A stretch of 63,515 bases of DNA, counting the filler, from Lenisia limosa (taxonomy: Eukaryota > Protista > Breviatea), in the NCBI GenBank assembly GCA_001655205.1. It is 13 parts of 13 records of this genome, joined end to end, with 100 filler letters (N's around TTAATTAATTAA, not from the genome) between each part and the next. Parts side by side here need not be neighbours in the genome. Positions count along the whole stretch, not along the records: positions 1 to 15,010 come from LPNZ01003953.1; positions 15,111 to 23,485 come from LPNZ01005217.1; 11 more parts are not named here. One strand, 5' to 3'. Positions 12,801 through 23,585 of this stretch are shown here, piece after piece. Under the pieces are notes generated by a model. It saw only the letters and a list, made by a program, of their open reading frames with translations. It did not search any database and had not been told where the DNA came from. Position numbers and translations under genes: made by a program. How positions within the stretch are numbered: the stretch's first letter is position 1; each line of letters begins with the position of its first letter.

Positions 12801-15010
12801 GCTGATGTCGACGAATCCGAAACAGCCACGTTGGTGGTCTCAGGGGTACCCGTGGGGTCCTCACTCAACGCTGGTACTGACATGGGCTCTGGAGTCTGGA
12901 ATGTCAGCGAAAGTCAATTCGATTTCGTATTGAAGGTTTGTTTTCACTTTTTTTTTAAAATCTATGAAACATTCTCCTTTACTAAATTCTTTTTTTTTTT
13001 TTTCAAGCTCACCCTCTAGGATCTTCGGTTCCAGCCAGGGCTTCACTGGGACGGCATTGCCAACCTTACTATCGGCCCAGGTTTCGTAATCGAATATGAG
13101 AACGACAACTCTTGGGCCATTTTGCCGGTTGAGCTCAACGTCACTGTGTTACCAATCCCCGATGTTCCGAGTATTGTAGTTGCTTCTGTTTCTGGTGATG
13201 AGGACACTAACCTTGCTTTGAGCGTTTCTGTTGCCCTTGTGGACCCCTCAGAAGTTCTTCTTGACGTGCGCCTTGAAGGCCTTCCTCTTGGGACAACTCT
13301 CAATGGGGGAATTGAGGTATCAGAAGGAGTCCACACCATACCTGCCGCTAACCTTCCGGCCGCGTATGTCCGCCTCCCGGAACATCTCCACGGTTTATGG
13401 ACTATCACCGTCGTTGCGTACTCTAAGGAACAAGAAGGGGGCACGGCACAAAACACTGACTCTTTTGACTTGACCAGTGTTGCAGTAGCCGACCAGCCGA
13501 CCTTGGCACTTCCTGGCCCCGCGATGGGTGACGAGGATGTCGACCTTCCCTTCCCTATCACTTCGGCCTTAGTGGATACTGATGGATCAGAATCGTTGAA
13601 AGTTGTTATTTCTGGACTTCCCACTGGATCCTCAGCGAACCTTGGCTCTATTGGCCCGGGTGATGGCGTCATCACAGTATCAAACTCCGACACTTCTTCT
13701 CTTGCCACCTTTTCTCTAACCTTGACCGAGCATTGGTCGGGTGATTCAACCTTGACGATAACCGCTATTTCTACTGATGATGGTGGTGTTGAAAGCTCGA
13801 ACTTCGGTACTGTTGATATTTCTATCAATCCAGTGACAGACATGCCAAACTTGTCAGTTGTCACCACGCCTGAAGGGGATGAAGACACTTGGATCACTTT
13901 CGTAGTGGACGCTTCTCTTGTTGATACTGATGGGTCAGAGGTTCTCTCTGACGTCAGGATTCTCAATGTTCCTGAATTTGCTTCCTTATCCAAAGGTACT
14001 GACCAAGGTGGTGGGGAATGGCACCTAGGGCCTCTTGAATACAGCTTTGCTATTAAACCGGAGTACCGCAATGGTGACAGCTTTACTGTCGACATAGAGG
14101 TGAATGCTACTGAAAATGGCATGCCGGAAACCAAGCAACTCAGCCAAGAAGTCAAGGTTCATCCTGTCGCCAATGCCGCTATCGTTTCCCTTGACAGCCC
14201 CGTCTCTGGTGATGAAGATACAGTTTTGGCGTTCTCAGTCACCGCCGACCTGGATGATCTTGATGGTTCTGAAACTATGACTGCGATCATTTTTGATGTC
14301 CCCACTGGTGCTATTCTGTGCTGTTCAGTCACAGCCACGGCTACTCCTGGTGAATACACTGTGGATGACCTTATGGCACTGACTGCAATGAGCATCCAGC
14401 CACCGCCAAACAGTGATGTTGACTTTTCCTTGACCCTCCGTGTCACGTCTACAGAAGCTGGAAACTCAGATTCGACCTTTGTGGATCTCCCTATTCCCGT
14501 CGAAGTCATTGCTGTTCCTGATGCGCCTAATCTTGCCACTGGTCCCTTCGTTATGGATGAAAACAACGAAACTGAAATCGCTACTTCACTTGTGGATACT
14601 GATGGTTCTGAAAGACTTTCCTTAGTTGTTACAATGGATCTTAGTGCAAGCCTTACGTGTGGCACACATCAAGGTGGTGGCATTTGGCATGTCTCCCACT
14701 CTCAGCTTTCTGTATGCGCCAACCTTGCTGTAACACCTGAGGACTACAATGCTGACAACCTTTCTGTACATATAGTCGCCACAGCTACTGAGCAAAACGA
14801 CCTTTCGCCTACTGCTGACACCATTGCCAATATTGCTATCACAGTTAATCCGAAAGCCACCCCACCATCTGTTGTTCTTACTCCTTCTCTAGGCAGGCCT
14901 AACGTGCCTATTCCCCTTTTGGCAGTTGTCGGCTTAGTCGATACTGACGGATCGGAATTCTTGCATGATGTCACCATTTCTGGTATAGGCACAGGTGTGC
15001 TCAACCTTCC
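2..15010 (+). CDS. Giant (about 4,250 aa, partial at both ends) spliced extracellular repeat protein: PSI-like Cys modules followed by roughly 30 or more bacterial-type Ig/cadherin-like repeats
   Basis: Phase-compatible GT-AG exons: 2-148, 326-638 (spans an N gap), 779-882, ~1032-1089, 1211-1740, 1899-4652, 4774-4875, 4965-5035, 5217-5334, 5516-6020, ~6073-6407, 6510-9584, 9734-9886, 10041-10550, ~10655-10825, 10989-12645, 12775-12935, 13020-15010; total about 12.75 kb. Splicing rebuilds intact motifs across junctions (IFQ|VTAVNDAP, ISE|VNDAP, IDE|DTSV). Recurrent motifs: VNDAP/VNDPP, ED, DxDGD, SLPxxGxLY, YxP, DxDGSE. A few acceptors (1032, 6073, 10655) have equally in-phase alternatives. 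Confidence 0.9.
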
Positions 15011-15110
15011 NNNNNNNNNNNNNNNNNNNNNNNNNNNNNNNNNNNNNNNNNNNNTTAATTAATTAANNNNNNNNNNNNNNNNNNNNNNNNNNNNNNNNNN
15101 NNNNNNNNNN
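15011..15110. other. Artificial contig-joining spacer (44 N + TTAATTAATTAA + 44 N), first of 12
   Basis: Identical 100-nt construct with stops in all six frames; the 12-mer starts at 15055, 23530, 28844, 34194, 35593, 37590, 45299, 47210, 49308, 50731, 53732 and 59634. Confidence 0.97.
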
Positions 15111-15180
15111 ATATGACATTATTTGCACAGACCAAACGGAAAGGTCTGTTTCCAGCCTTTTCTCATTTTACATCCCAAAC

Positions 15181-18100
15181 CTGGCTGATATAGTGTTGAC
15201 ACTGGATACTGCAAAGGCATAGAAAACGAATGAGAAAAGCGCCAGTGCAGCGCTAATAAAGAATTCACTGGGAAGGGGCACAAACACAACGATGACACCG
15301 TATACAGCGCAGCCGATTATACCTTCAAAAAGTAAGGGGCCTGTTATGAGGTATAATATTATATATTATACCATCAACATGTATTATATCGATCTGCATA
15401 TCAATGTATATGCATAATATCTACATAAGTTATATACACATGTTTACGAGATGAGAAATCAAACAAGTTTGATTCTGGACGAAGCCGTCCACCATCACGC
15501 TTATAAGCGAGATTGGAATCTTTTAATAAATACGCTACAAAACCGCATACATGTTCCGTGTTTGCCAATTCTCCGAATGGATATCCGATAAATTGTAGTC
15601 TGGAGAGTAAAAACAAGATAATTTCTAAATCAAAAAAAAAAACGTACAATCAACTCTGTTGGTTAAATTGTTTTTTTGATCCACGAGGGTTAATAAAAGA
15701 CCAGGGAAGTCGTGTCAAGAGTAATATGAAACAAAGGAAAATTCAACAAAGACTATTCACACAGGAGTAGAGGGCAAGCGAAGAGCAAGTTTCACATTAG
15801 CAATAAGGTATATTAGTAGAACGGAGCGTCCCCATAGATACCTGTGAAATGACATATATAATGCCGGTCCCGGTGTAAAGCAAACCCAGCGCTAGGGTAC
15901 CCATGCCATATCGGTCCCTGGTGTGAATAAGGAATGTGTATAATATCAATATGTGAAGACGACACTTAATATGGTTTTTGCGGGGCCAAGGGAGATACTC
16001 ATGGTGTTGGATGGTTGTGAAGAGTTACTCACTTGATCAGTAGCCCATAAGTAGACATGAAGCACATGAAGGCAATCATAAACACCAATGTGGTGACACA
16101 GACAAGCCGCATGATCTGAGAGTGAGGATTGTTTAATACCTCGTGTAATTAGTTTTTTGAAGAAATTAAATTACTAAATTATAAAAATAAGAGTCCAAAA
16201 TGGCTTTTTCGCTATATTATGGCCCACTGTAAATTTAGAAATTAACTGTTCAATTAATAGCACGGCGTCAAGGATTGTTTTGATTGAACACAAGCCCCAT
16301 TGAAAGAGACGTTTTGCAAGAAGCCAAGGACAGAAAATACTTAAAATTAAACTATTAACCATACAAGAGAAGATTATGTGGGAAATAACATTTGTTTATC
16401 GCAAAAAATATGACATGAAATCAATGTAATATTACATAGAGAGGAGAAATACCCCGTACATAAATCTAGTAAAGATTCTCACCTTCACAGGGTATCCAGG
16501 TTTCATGCATTTCGCAAATCCTCGTTTGCGCTTTTCAGGTTCTAAAGCAACAGGAGCAGCACCGATGCCTATAATATGAGAATAATGGTTAACTTCCTGA
16601 ACCACAAGAGGCATAAAAGCACTTTCAAATCAGCTCTGGTATATAGTTCAAGGTAGAATTAGGTGTCCATCGATCGATATCTTCCCTCAATAGAGGAAGG
16701 GCCAAGGTAAGATGCCGGAATACTAGCTCAATGGGAGTGGTAGCCTCATAAAATGTATCCCCCTTTCCTCCACACCCGAGACATACTTTACTATGGAAAC
16801 GATCACTACCCTTCTCAGCCCCCCCCCCCNNNNNNNNNNNNNNNNNNNNNNNNNNNNNNNNNNNNNNNNNNNNNNNNNNNNNNNNNNNNNNNNNNNNNNN
16901 NNNNNNNNNNNNNNNNNNNNNNNNNNNNNNNATTAGTTGTACTGGCACTCTAAAACAAAATAAGGCCTTTTTGGGACTCCTCCATTTGACCATGAAATAT
17001 AACCAGGGGTTCCCTACAGTCCGAAAAAGACCATTTAAATATCGACAGTTATCGAGGATTTATCGAGAGATTCGGTCTTTTTTGGGACCGTAGGGAATCC
17101 CTAGATATAATACACCTTATATCATCCCATGACCCTCATCCCATAAATCTCTAAACGAGGTACAGTATACCTGCATAACAAATCATACTCACTCTCAATC
17201 TTCTTAGGGTGGTCGTCCAAAAAATACATTTTTTTTTGTATGCATATACTTTAATCTTCATAATTGGTATATTATATATATAGTATATAATATGATATAT
17301 ATATACATATGATATATTAATGTGTCCAAAGCTCTGGACATCATTCAAAAATCACCGGACACATCAAAACTCCCCGACAGCTTGAGTTTTTCAATAAAAT
17401 CATCATAAACCCTATTTCCCTTTTGTTTTTGAAAGTAATTTCAATCTTAATCAAAGGATAAAACGCCAATTTTAACTAACAGTGGCCTAGACAAGGTGTC
17501 AACTTCAAGCTGTCCGGAAGTTTTGATGTGTCCGGTGAATTATGAATGATAATGGCCTGGCTCCATACCCCATTATACAAGTGTATACCTAGCATCTGAG
17601 TCCCCCCTCACCCCCCTTTTAAGGTATACCATCTATCTATCTATATTGAACGACCTAAATACTATGAAGACTATTGAAACATATTAAGATCCATTTTGCC
17701 AGTCAGCCAGTTATTCCAGAAAAATCATCATTAATGCTATGTATGTTGGACTTCACTTCGGTCCGAAAAAGACAGGATATTTCCAATGGTTAATCCAGAA
17801 ATTCAGTCTTTTTCATACCGAAGTGAAGCCCTATTGCAAGTAATGATAAAATGAAATAGTTATCTAATAAATCATAAAAAGCTACAGCAGTGATGGTGAG
17901 ATTTGTTCAAATAATAAATTAACATTACGCAGCCATCCCAGTCACAGAAACAAAAGGCCCAATCAAGCCCCAAGCCTCCCTTTGCTCACAAAGCCTCTCA
18001 GCACACAGTTTCCTCCCCCTTACAATATGGCGCATGGACTTGGGGTTCCCTTGTAGGATTTGGTAATCCCATAAAATTTTTTCGAATTTCCATAAAATTC

Positions 18101-21100
18101 CATGGAATTCCTATGTAAATATGGGAATGCCCAAGTTTTTCACAAGAATTCCAAGTCGATGCGCCGTAGTGTACTAACCTCCAGCATACAGTTTCCTCCT
18201 CATTCCCTTCATTGCCACTGACAGGGGCCAGCTGTACTTGATCTGAAGCGTGCTGAATTTTCTTTGACTCTTTCAGGAGCTTCAGTGACACCAGAAACGT
18301 GATAAAGGAAAATCCTGGAGAGTAAATCAACACAAAATATTTTATCATCTTGAGTGTTGATAAGTTCACAGCTTATATCATCTTGAAAGTTTAATAGACC
18401 ACAATTTCTTGAATTTGACTTATTGTTTCAAAATGGTATATTTGTGATTAATAAAAGGCCCATTCAAATGCATAGCCAAAAGAGTTATTTATTGGGCGGT
18501 TTGTTTCACATATTTTACTTATTAACCCCCCCCCCTCCGCCGTCCCCCTATTATTCAGTTAATGCTTAGAACCATTACGTCATTCTTCATCAAAATATCC
18601 TTGTTTTTTTGGGGGGGTTTTTTTTATTTCATAATTTTTTCAAATTTATCTCCACCCCCCCTCCCACCACAAGCGGCGTACAAAGGCGCCTCAAGGGACA
18701 CCATCGCTAGAAAGGCGCCGATAACAGGACCGATTATATAGGCTATTCCGATGAACATCCCAACTTTTGCCATAGCCATGGTTTGCTCAATCTGAGGGAG
18801 GAGTGAATTGGAAAAGAAAAACGACACCCATAATCAATTAGGCTGTATCCTTATTAACCTCTCGCATACATGCCCCTCTCACCCCCGTTAGAACGTCAGA
18901 TATGTAGGCATGCGCTACAGTCGGAGAGCCTGGAATGTCAAAAAAAGTAACACAAGACAAGCCATTGAGAATATTCTTGAAAGCCATCCGCAAATTGACA
19001 GTTGTGAAAAGCTCAAATATTGAATATATTCCCACCTTCGAAAAATCAAACAACCATATCACTATCATTAACCAGCAGGGCTACACTTTGGTTCATAAAA
19101 AGACGGAATTTTTAGATAAATCCTCAAAAACTATCAATATTTACCCGAACCGAAGTGAAGCCGTACATATCAGCATACACACCGCCAACAACACCTTCCC
19201 CCAAACACAACTTCAAACACAAGTCGTTTCCCCGCTGAATTACTTTGGAATGTTTCAGAACTAAGGCTTAACTTCGATTCGAAAAAAACCAGTAAAATAC
19301 GTATATATTATCGATAGTTTACGAGGATTTATCGAGATTTTCAGTCTTGTTTCGAACCGAAGTGAGCCCCGTTCACAACACCTTTCTGACTCGACAGTGT
19401 GTATAGCAGTAACGTCCAACGCCTTGCGTTGTTTGACGGACGTGCCCATTACCCCCACCCATCATGCTCCCAATATTCAATATCAACAAGCAAATAATTA
19501 ACAAAGTCTCGTAATAAAAGCATCAACATTAAGATTCTCCCAAATCCCGTCAACATACCAGCAAACATGCCACCAATGGCACGGCCTACGAAGAGCTGCC
19601 AATATTCCGTAGCAAGTGCCTGGATTTTTGAAAATAAGATAACAAAAGCTCACATTGTTGCATTGAAATGAGAAACGATCAAGTCAATACTCTTGACTGC
19701 GAAATATAATGTAACTTGTTTGTCATCTTACATTGAAATGCTCCCCCTCCATCCCACAAAAAAACTTCCTCACTAGGGCTTCACTTCGGTTCGAAAAAAG
19801 ACTGATCTTCTCGATAAATCCTCGAAAACTATCGATATTTTACCGATATTTTCCGAACCGAAGTGAAGCCTTATACCTTACATTTACCCCCTCCAACCTG
19901 GATAAGGAACGAGAACGACGAGCCGATCATCAACGTCAAAAACACAGGCCTTCTGCCTTTTCGATCACTCAGTCTTCCCACTACCGAGTTAGTACAGCTT
20001 TCGCAAGACATATTATCAAGGCTTCACTTCAGTTCAAAAAAGACCGGTAAAATATCGATAGTTTTCTAGGATTTATCTAGAAATTCAGTCTTTTTTCGAA
20101 ACGAAGTGAAGCCAAAATCAGTACACCTTTCTCTAAGACATATTTGTTATTGGTATATAGATATATACAGTGACCGGGATGAGCCTTGTTCTCTAATGAA
20201 GTCATAGAGCAAATCGGCCAAGACTTATCCCGGTCACTATATATGTTCAGTGATCCAGGTATCTGATTATCAGTCAGGATTTCCTACTAAGTAGTAGTGT
20301 ACAACACCAAGGGCTTCACTCCAATCCAGAAAATGAAAATCACTGTGCTGATTGTTCCCCCCCTTACTTATGAGTCCTGAGAACAACATGAAAAAGCCGT
20401 AGACGGAGAACAAGAGCCCGAGCATTGTGGCATTTGCCCCAAGCCTGTGGGGTGGGTGAATAAGAGTTCAAGATATTGATTTTGTCAAAGTGAGCTCGAG
20501 CATTTATTTGGCTACGAGCTCGGAAGGGTAATATACGAAAAGATGGTAATATTATATAGTTTTTTATTTCTCATCTCTTTTTGTATAATATCTCCACCCA
20601 CTCTTCGGCGTAAAACGGCAAAATCGGTCCGATCAAGGCATTACCCATGCCATCAATGAAGCAGCCAAGGTACACCATAACAAATGAAGAGCTTGCAGGG
20701 GATGCACTGGAGAAGTCAAGGAAAGAATGCCATCTTTATGGTACCCCTGTGGATGTATATGTCTAGAACGTTGAGAAATAGTTAGTAAACTCAATAGATA
20801 TTTGCGTGTCGGTCCATGATCATAAGAGCAGAAATGAGATCATATGTTCCGTTGTAACAGGTTTACACATAAATACCCACAAAGTGACATGAATTAGCAG
20901 AATGACCAGAGTATTAAGTTATTAAAACAATGTCTAGTATCCAAAAGGGCCTCACTCCGATCCAGAAAATGACTGAAGATCTCGATAAATCATCGAGATA
21001 TTTGATTCGTACCTGAGTGAAGCCCTACTACCCACGCATAGACAAAAAATAATATGTTGAAATGCGAAAGAAAGCAAGGTTGTATCTCACCGAAGCCATC

Positions 21101-21849
21101 CACACCATCACGCTTATAAGAGCAAAAACATAAAAGTCATCATTTGAAAGGTGTGTTTCCTGACTATGCTCTCCCCCATGTATCCATTATTTTTAGCACT
21201 TGTATTTTAGAATACAGATCTCCTGGAATATATGGGTGCGGGCATACTCAATCATCCCCACCTTTTTTCCCGAGGATTGGTCAAATGATCAGTTGAGGAG
21301 CTTTGTGGAATAGCTGCAGTAACAGGTTAAAATAGTTGTGATGAATTCCGAGTTTTTTTTTATCATTACCCTCCCCCCAAACATATAGCATGCATTGGAA
21401 GAGGTTGTATGTAATTATGGGGGGGGGGATTACAGGATATCAGCATAACCCCATGCAGTTCTGAAATTGGAAATAGAATGGGAGTACGCATTTACAAATA
21501 TTATCTGAGTCAGAATTCCCCTCAGGGGAAGATAAATAAATAAAAAACAAGGTTGTATCCCGTCGAAGCCGTCAAAACAATCATTCCAATAAGAATTGGA
21601 TATAGTGTAACATGGACTGATATATTCAGCTACATACTCTCCCTGAATTTATTTGTTTTCCATAATTTTCAATCAAAGTACCTCCAACTCACTGAGAGGA
21701 CTTGGAAGAGATTCAGGTGAAGGTTGGGCGTCACTGGCTTCCAACCCATCATCACCAGTATTATTGGAGGAAGGACTGTCATCGCTTAATGACGGGTTAT
21801 TTTCCGTTGTGGGTGTACTGACATTGGCTTCATCTTGCTGCTGTGACAT
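15181..21849 (-). CDS. Major facilitator superfamily transporter, TetA/DHA1-like (3' end truncated by piece end)
   Basis: Exons 21849-21693 (MSQQQDE...), 21313-21262, 20706-20602 (VYLGCFIDGMGNALIGPILPFYAE), 20444-20368 (LGANATMLGLLFSVYG), 19980-19898 (motif A, GRLSDRKGRRPV), 19619-19559 (LFVGRAIGG), 18929-18883 (VAHAYISD), 18791-18668 (GIAYIIGPVIGAFL), 18314-~18219, 16568-16483, 16115-16033, 15917-15842, 15599-15551 (RRIGKH), 15322-15181. Junctions are phase-compatible; the donor near 18218 is the least certain. Confidence 0.92.
17007..17101. mobile_element. About 95-bp MITE, variant subfamily (GGGTTCCCTACAGTCC...GGACCGTAGGGAATCCC)
   Basis: Terminal inverted repeats; internal core (ATCGA...GAGGATTTATCGAGA) shared with the GGGCTTCAC family; related copy near 28058-28140. 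Confidence 0.7.
17322..17548. mobile_element. Short copy of the CCGGACA-subrepeat foldback/TIR family, in an MFS intron
   Basis: Both ends match the long TIR (CAAAGCTCYGGACATCATTCAAAA...GACAGCTTGA) seen at 40392-42452. Confidence 0.7.
19776..19871. mobile_element. About 95-bp MITE, GGGCTTCACTTCGGTTCGAAAAAAGAC TIR family (representative copy)
   Basis: TIRs of about 25 bp, mostly TA/AA-flanked. Further copies at about 17748-17830, 19078-19165, 19264-19369, 20019-20113, 20946-21026, 23782-23865, 24392-24485, 24765-24860, 35285-35379, 48597-48692, 50918-51010, 51681-51774, 54765-54848, 60281-60376, plus several fragments. Confidence 0.88.
20168..20239. mobile_element. About 75-bp hairpin MITE (CAGTGACCGGGAT...ATCCCGGTCAC), Tc1/mariner-like ends
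   Basis: Inverted termini preceded by TA; related copies at 38825-38902, 49127-49204, ~53355-53424 and half copies near 24240 and 56965. Confidence 0.7.
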
Positions 21850-22097
21850 AGCTGATGATGCTGTTTTGGGTAATATATTGAAGCTTTGAGGAAAGGAGTA
21901 GAATGGAAAATATACACGGATTAGAAATAAAACAAGGATTGTCCACCCCATCATGCTTAGAAGAGATATTGAATGCAATAAAATAATGGGACATAACAAG
22001 AGGGTGTACCACAAGCGCGGTATTGTTCATTCACCATATCATTTGAATTAAAACTCTGTATACATACGTACTTGGGTAAATATGAGAAATAAAAAAA

Positions 22098-22205
22098 AAG
22101 GTTGTATCTGGCCAAAGCCGTCCACATCATCACGCTTATTAATAAATAATAATAATAATTCACCCCATCATTTGCCTTATAAATCTGTACACATAGCTTG
22201 CTAGG
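22098..22205 (+). repeat. Dispersed non-palindromic repeat (AAGGTTGTATCTGGCCGAAGCCGTCC...CATCACGCTTATAAG, often followed by CATTTGCCTTACAACTCTGTGCACACAGCTTTCTGCGTGCC)
   Basis: Recognisable copies or parts near 15465, 21076, 21550, 21935, 27105, 34810, 38335, 55580, 58180-58300, 59185, 59870, 62840; reversed near 40310 and 56350-56445. Confidence 0.7.
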
Positions 22206-22644
22206 ATAACTAATTATGAGAGCTTCACTTCAACTTGTACAAAAAAGGATATATTTTTGTGTGCCATATGAGTGTGAAATGGAAAAATGATGAACAGGAT
22301 AGGGCTGGGAATAGATTTGGAATATCTATAAAAGGCGGTTGATGCTAGCCAACACAAACAGACACAGCTTGGTGGGGTATGTATATTCTAACGAAGTATA
22401 TATTATGCCTTCTTGCTCTAAAAGTCACCAACAGAAAAGCACAGGAGCAAAGACAACGGAAGAGACATACCTAGGAGGCATAGGACATAATACAACTTAC
22501 TTCATGGATCAAATTGAGAAACAATGTAACTCTCACCTCTTGAATCTGTGTTGATGCACTTCTGAAAAGCTTCTGATAGATGTCCAAGAGAGAGTCCGAG
22601 ACCAGATGGAGGCTAACCGACGGTTCGGATGAATGGATGGTGTG

Positions 22645-22748
22645 GAGAGGAGTTTCTTCTTCTCTTCAGAGCTTCAGAGAGGAGTTTCTTCTTCTCTTCA
22701 GAGCTTCAGAGGGGAGTTTCTTCTTCTCAGAGCTTCAGAGGGGAGTTG
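22645..22748. repeat. Tandem repeat, 32-bp unit GAGAGGAGTTTCTTCTTCTCTTCAGAGCTTCA, about 3 copies
   Basis: Two near-identical units, a third with a 3-bp deletion, then a partial unit; about 800 bp upstream of the MFS start codon. Confidence 0.9.
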
Positions 22749-23585
22749 GATTGCTGGTGTGGGGGGTGGATGGAAAGAGAGAGAGAGAGAAGGGGAAATC
22801 ACACCTTACCCACCCCCCTACCCGGCCCGACCCGACGCCAGTCTAAGCCGACGGGGTTTTATGGTGTTATATGTTTGGCACTTTGACCCCGTTGGCACAT
22901 TGTTTAAACTCTCTCGACCTCTCGACACACACTCCACTGATGCTAGTGAAATAGTGAAATAATGAACTACTTAACAGCTATGTGCACGATTACAGTAGCC
23001 AGGGGCACAACAATTATGAAATACGGAACTGAATAAAGAGTATGGTCACAATACGCATCGATTGGAACTACCATGGTGTGAAGGAGTCGGATACATTTCT
23101 TCAGCTTTTCATATAATCCCATGGTCCTCCCATGTAGATAATGAGAATCCCATCAATGCGTATAAACAATATCCCAAGATACAAATCAGTTGCCGTTTTG
23201 TTTCTTGATAATCCAAGATACATAATCGTATTTTATCCATATATTATCTATTCCTCCAAGATTGGAATGAATATCAATATCTACATTACACCCTATTATC
23301 TGTAGCGTCTGTCCCTATCGCGGCGCTCATAGCGGTCATCCCTGCCAAAGTCATTATTGTTTGGGCAAATAATTGGGAATAAGCAAGGAAAAAGCTTCAA
23401 AAACAATACACACCACCACCAACCCAAGCATTCAGTATTTTTTATTATACCTATCATTATCAATTTTTTTTTTTTTTTTTTTTTTNNNNNNNNNNNNNNN
23501 NNNNNNNNNNNNNNNNNNNNNNNNNNNNNTTAATTAATTAANNNNNNNNNNNNNNNNNNNNNNNNNNNNNNNNNNNNNNNNNNNN

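Noticed and set aside
1284-15004. Many long minus-strand ORFs (e.g. 1853-2566, 13043-14155) opposite the giant gene
   Set aside because: Antisense shadows of a codon-biased coding strand; no motifs and no splice support.
1211-15010. Classical cadherin or protocadherin call
   Set aside because: VNDAP resembles DxNDNxP, but LDRE/LDYE and the other cadherin Ca motifs are absent; the repeats fit bacterial Ig/cadherin-like families better.
1-15010. Bacterial contaminant contig
   Set aside because: Seventeen phase-compatible GT-AG introns with AT-rich composition and polypyrimidine tracts interrupt the gene.
16655-16710. Possible plus-strand exon (VSIDRYLPSIEEGP, GTAAGA donor) nested antisense in an MFS intron
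   Set aside because: Single short candidate with no partner exons or motif; may be chance.
19076-20113. CRISPR-like array suggested by closely spaced palindromic repeats
   Set aside because: Units are ~95-bp TIR elements with irregular spacing, separated by host exons, dispersed over all pieces; no cas genes.
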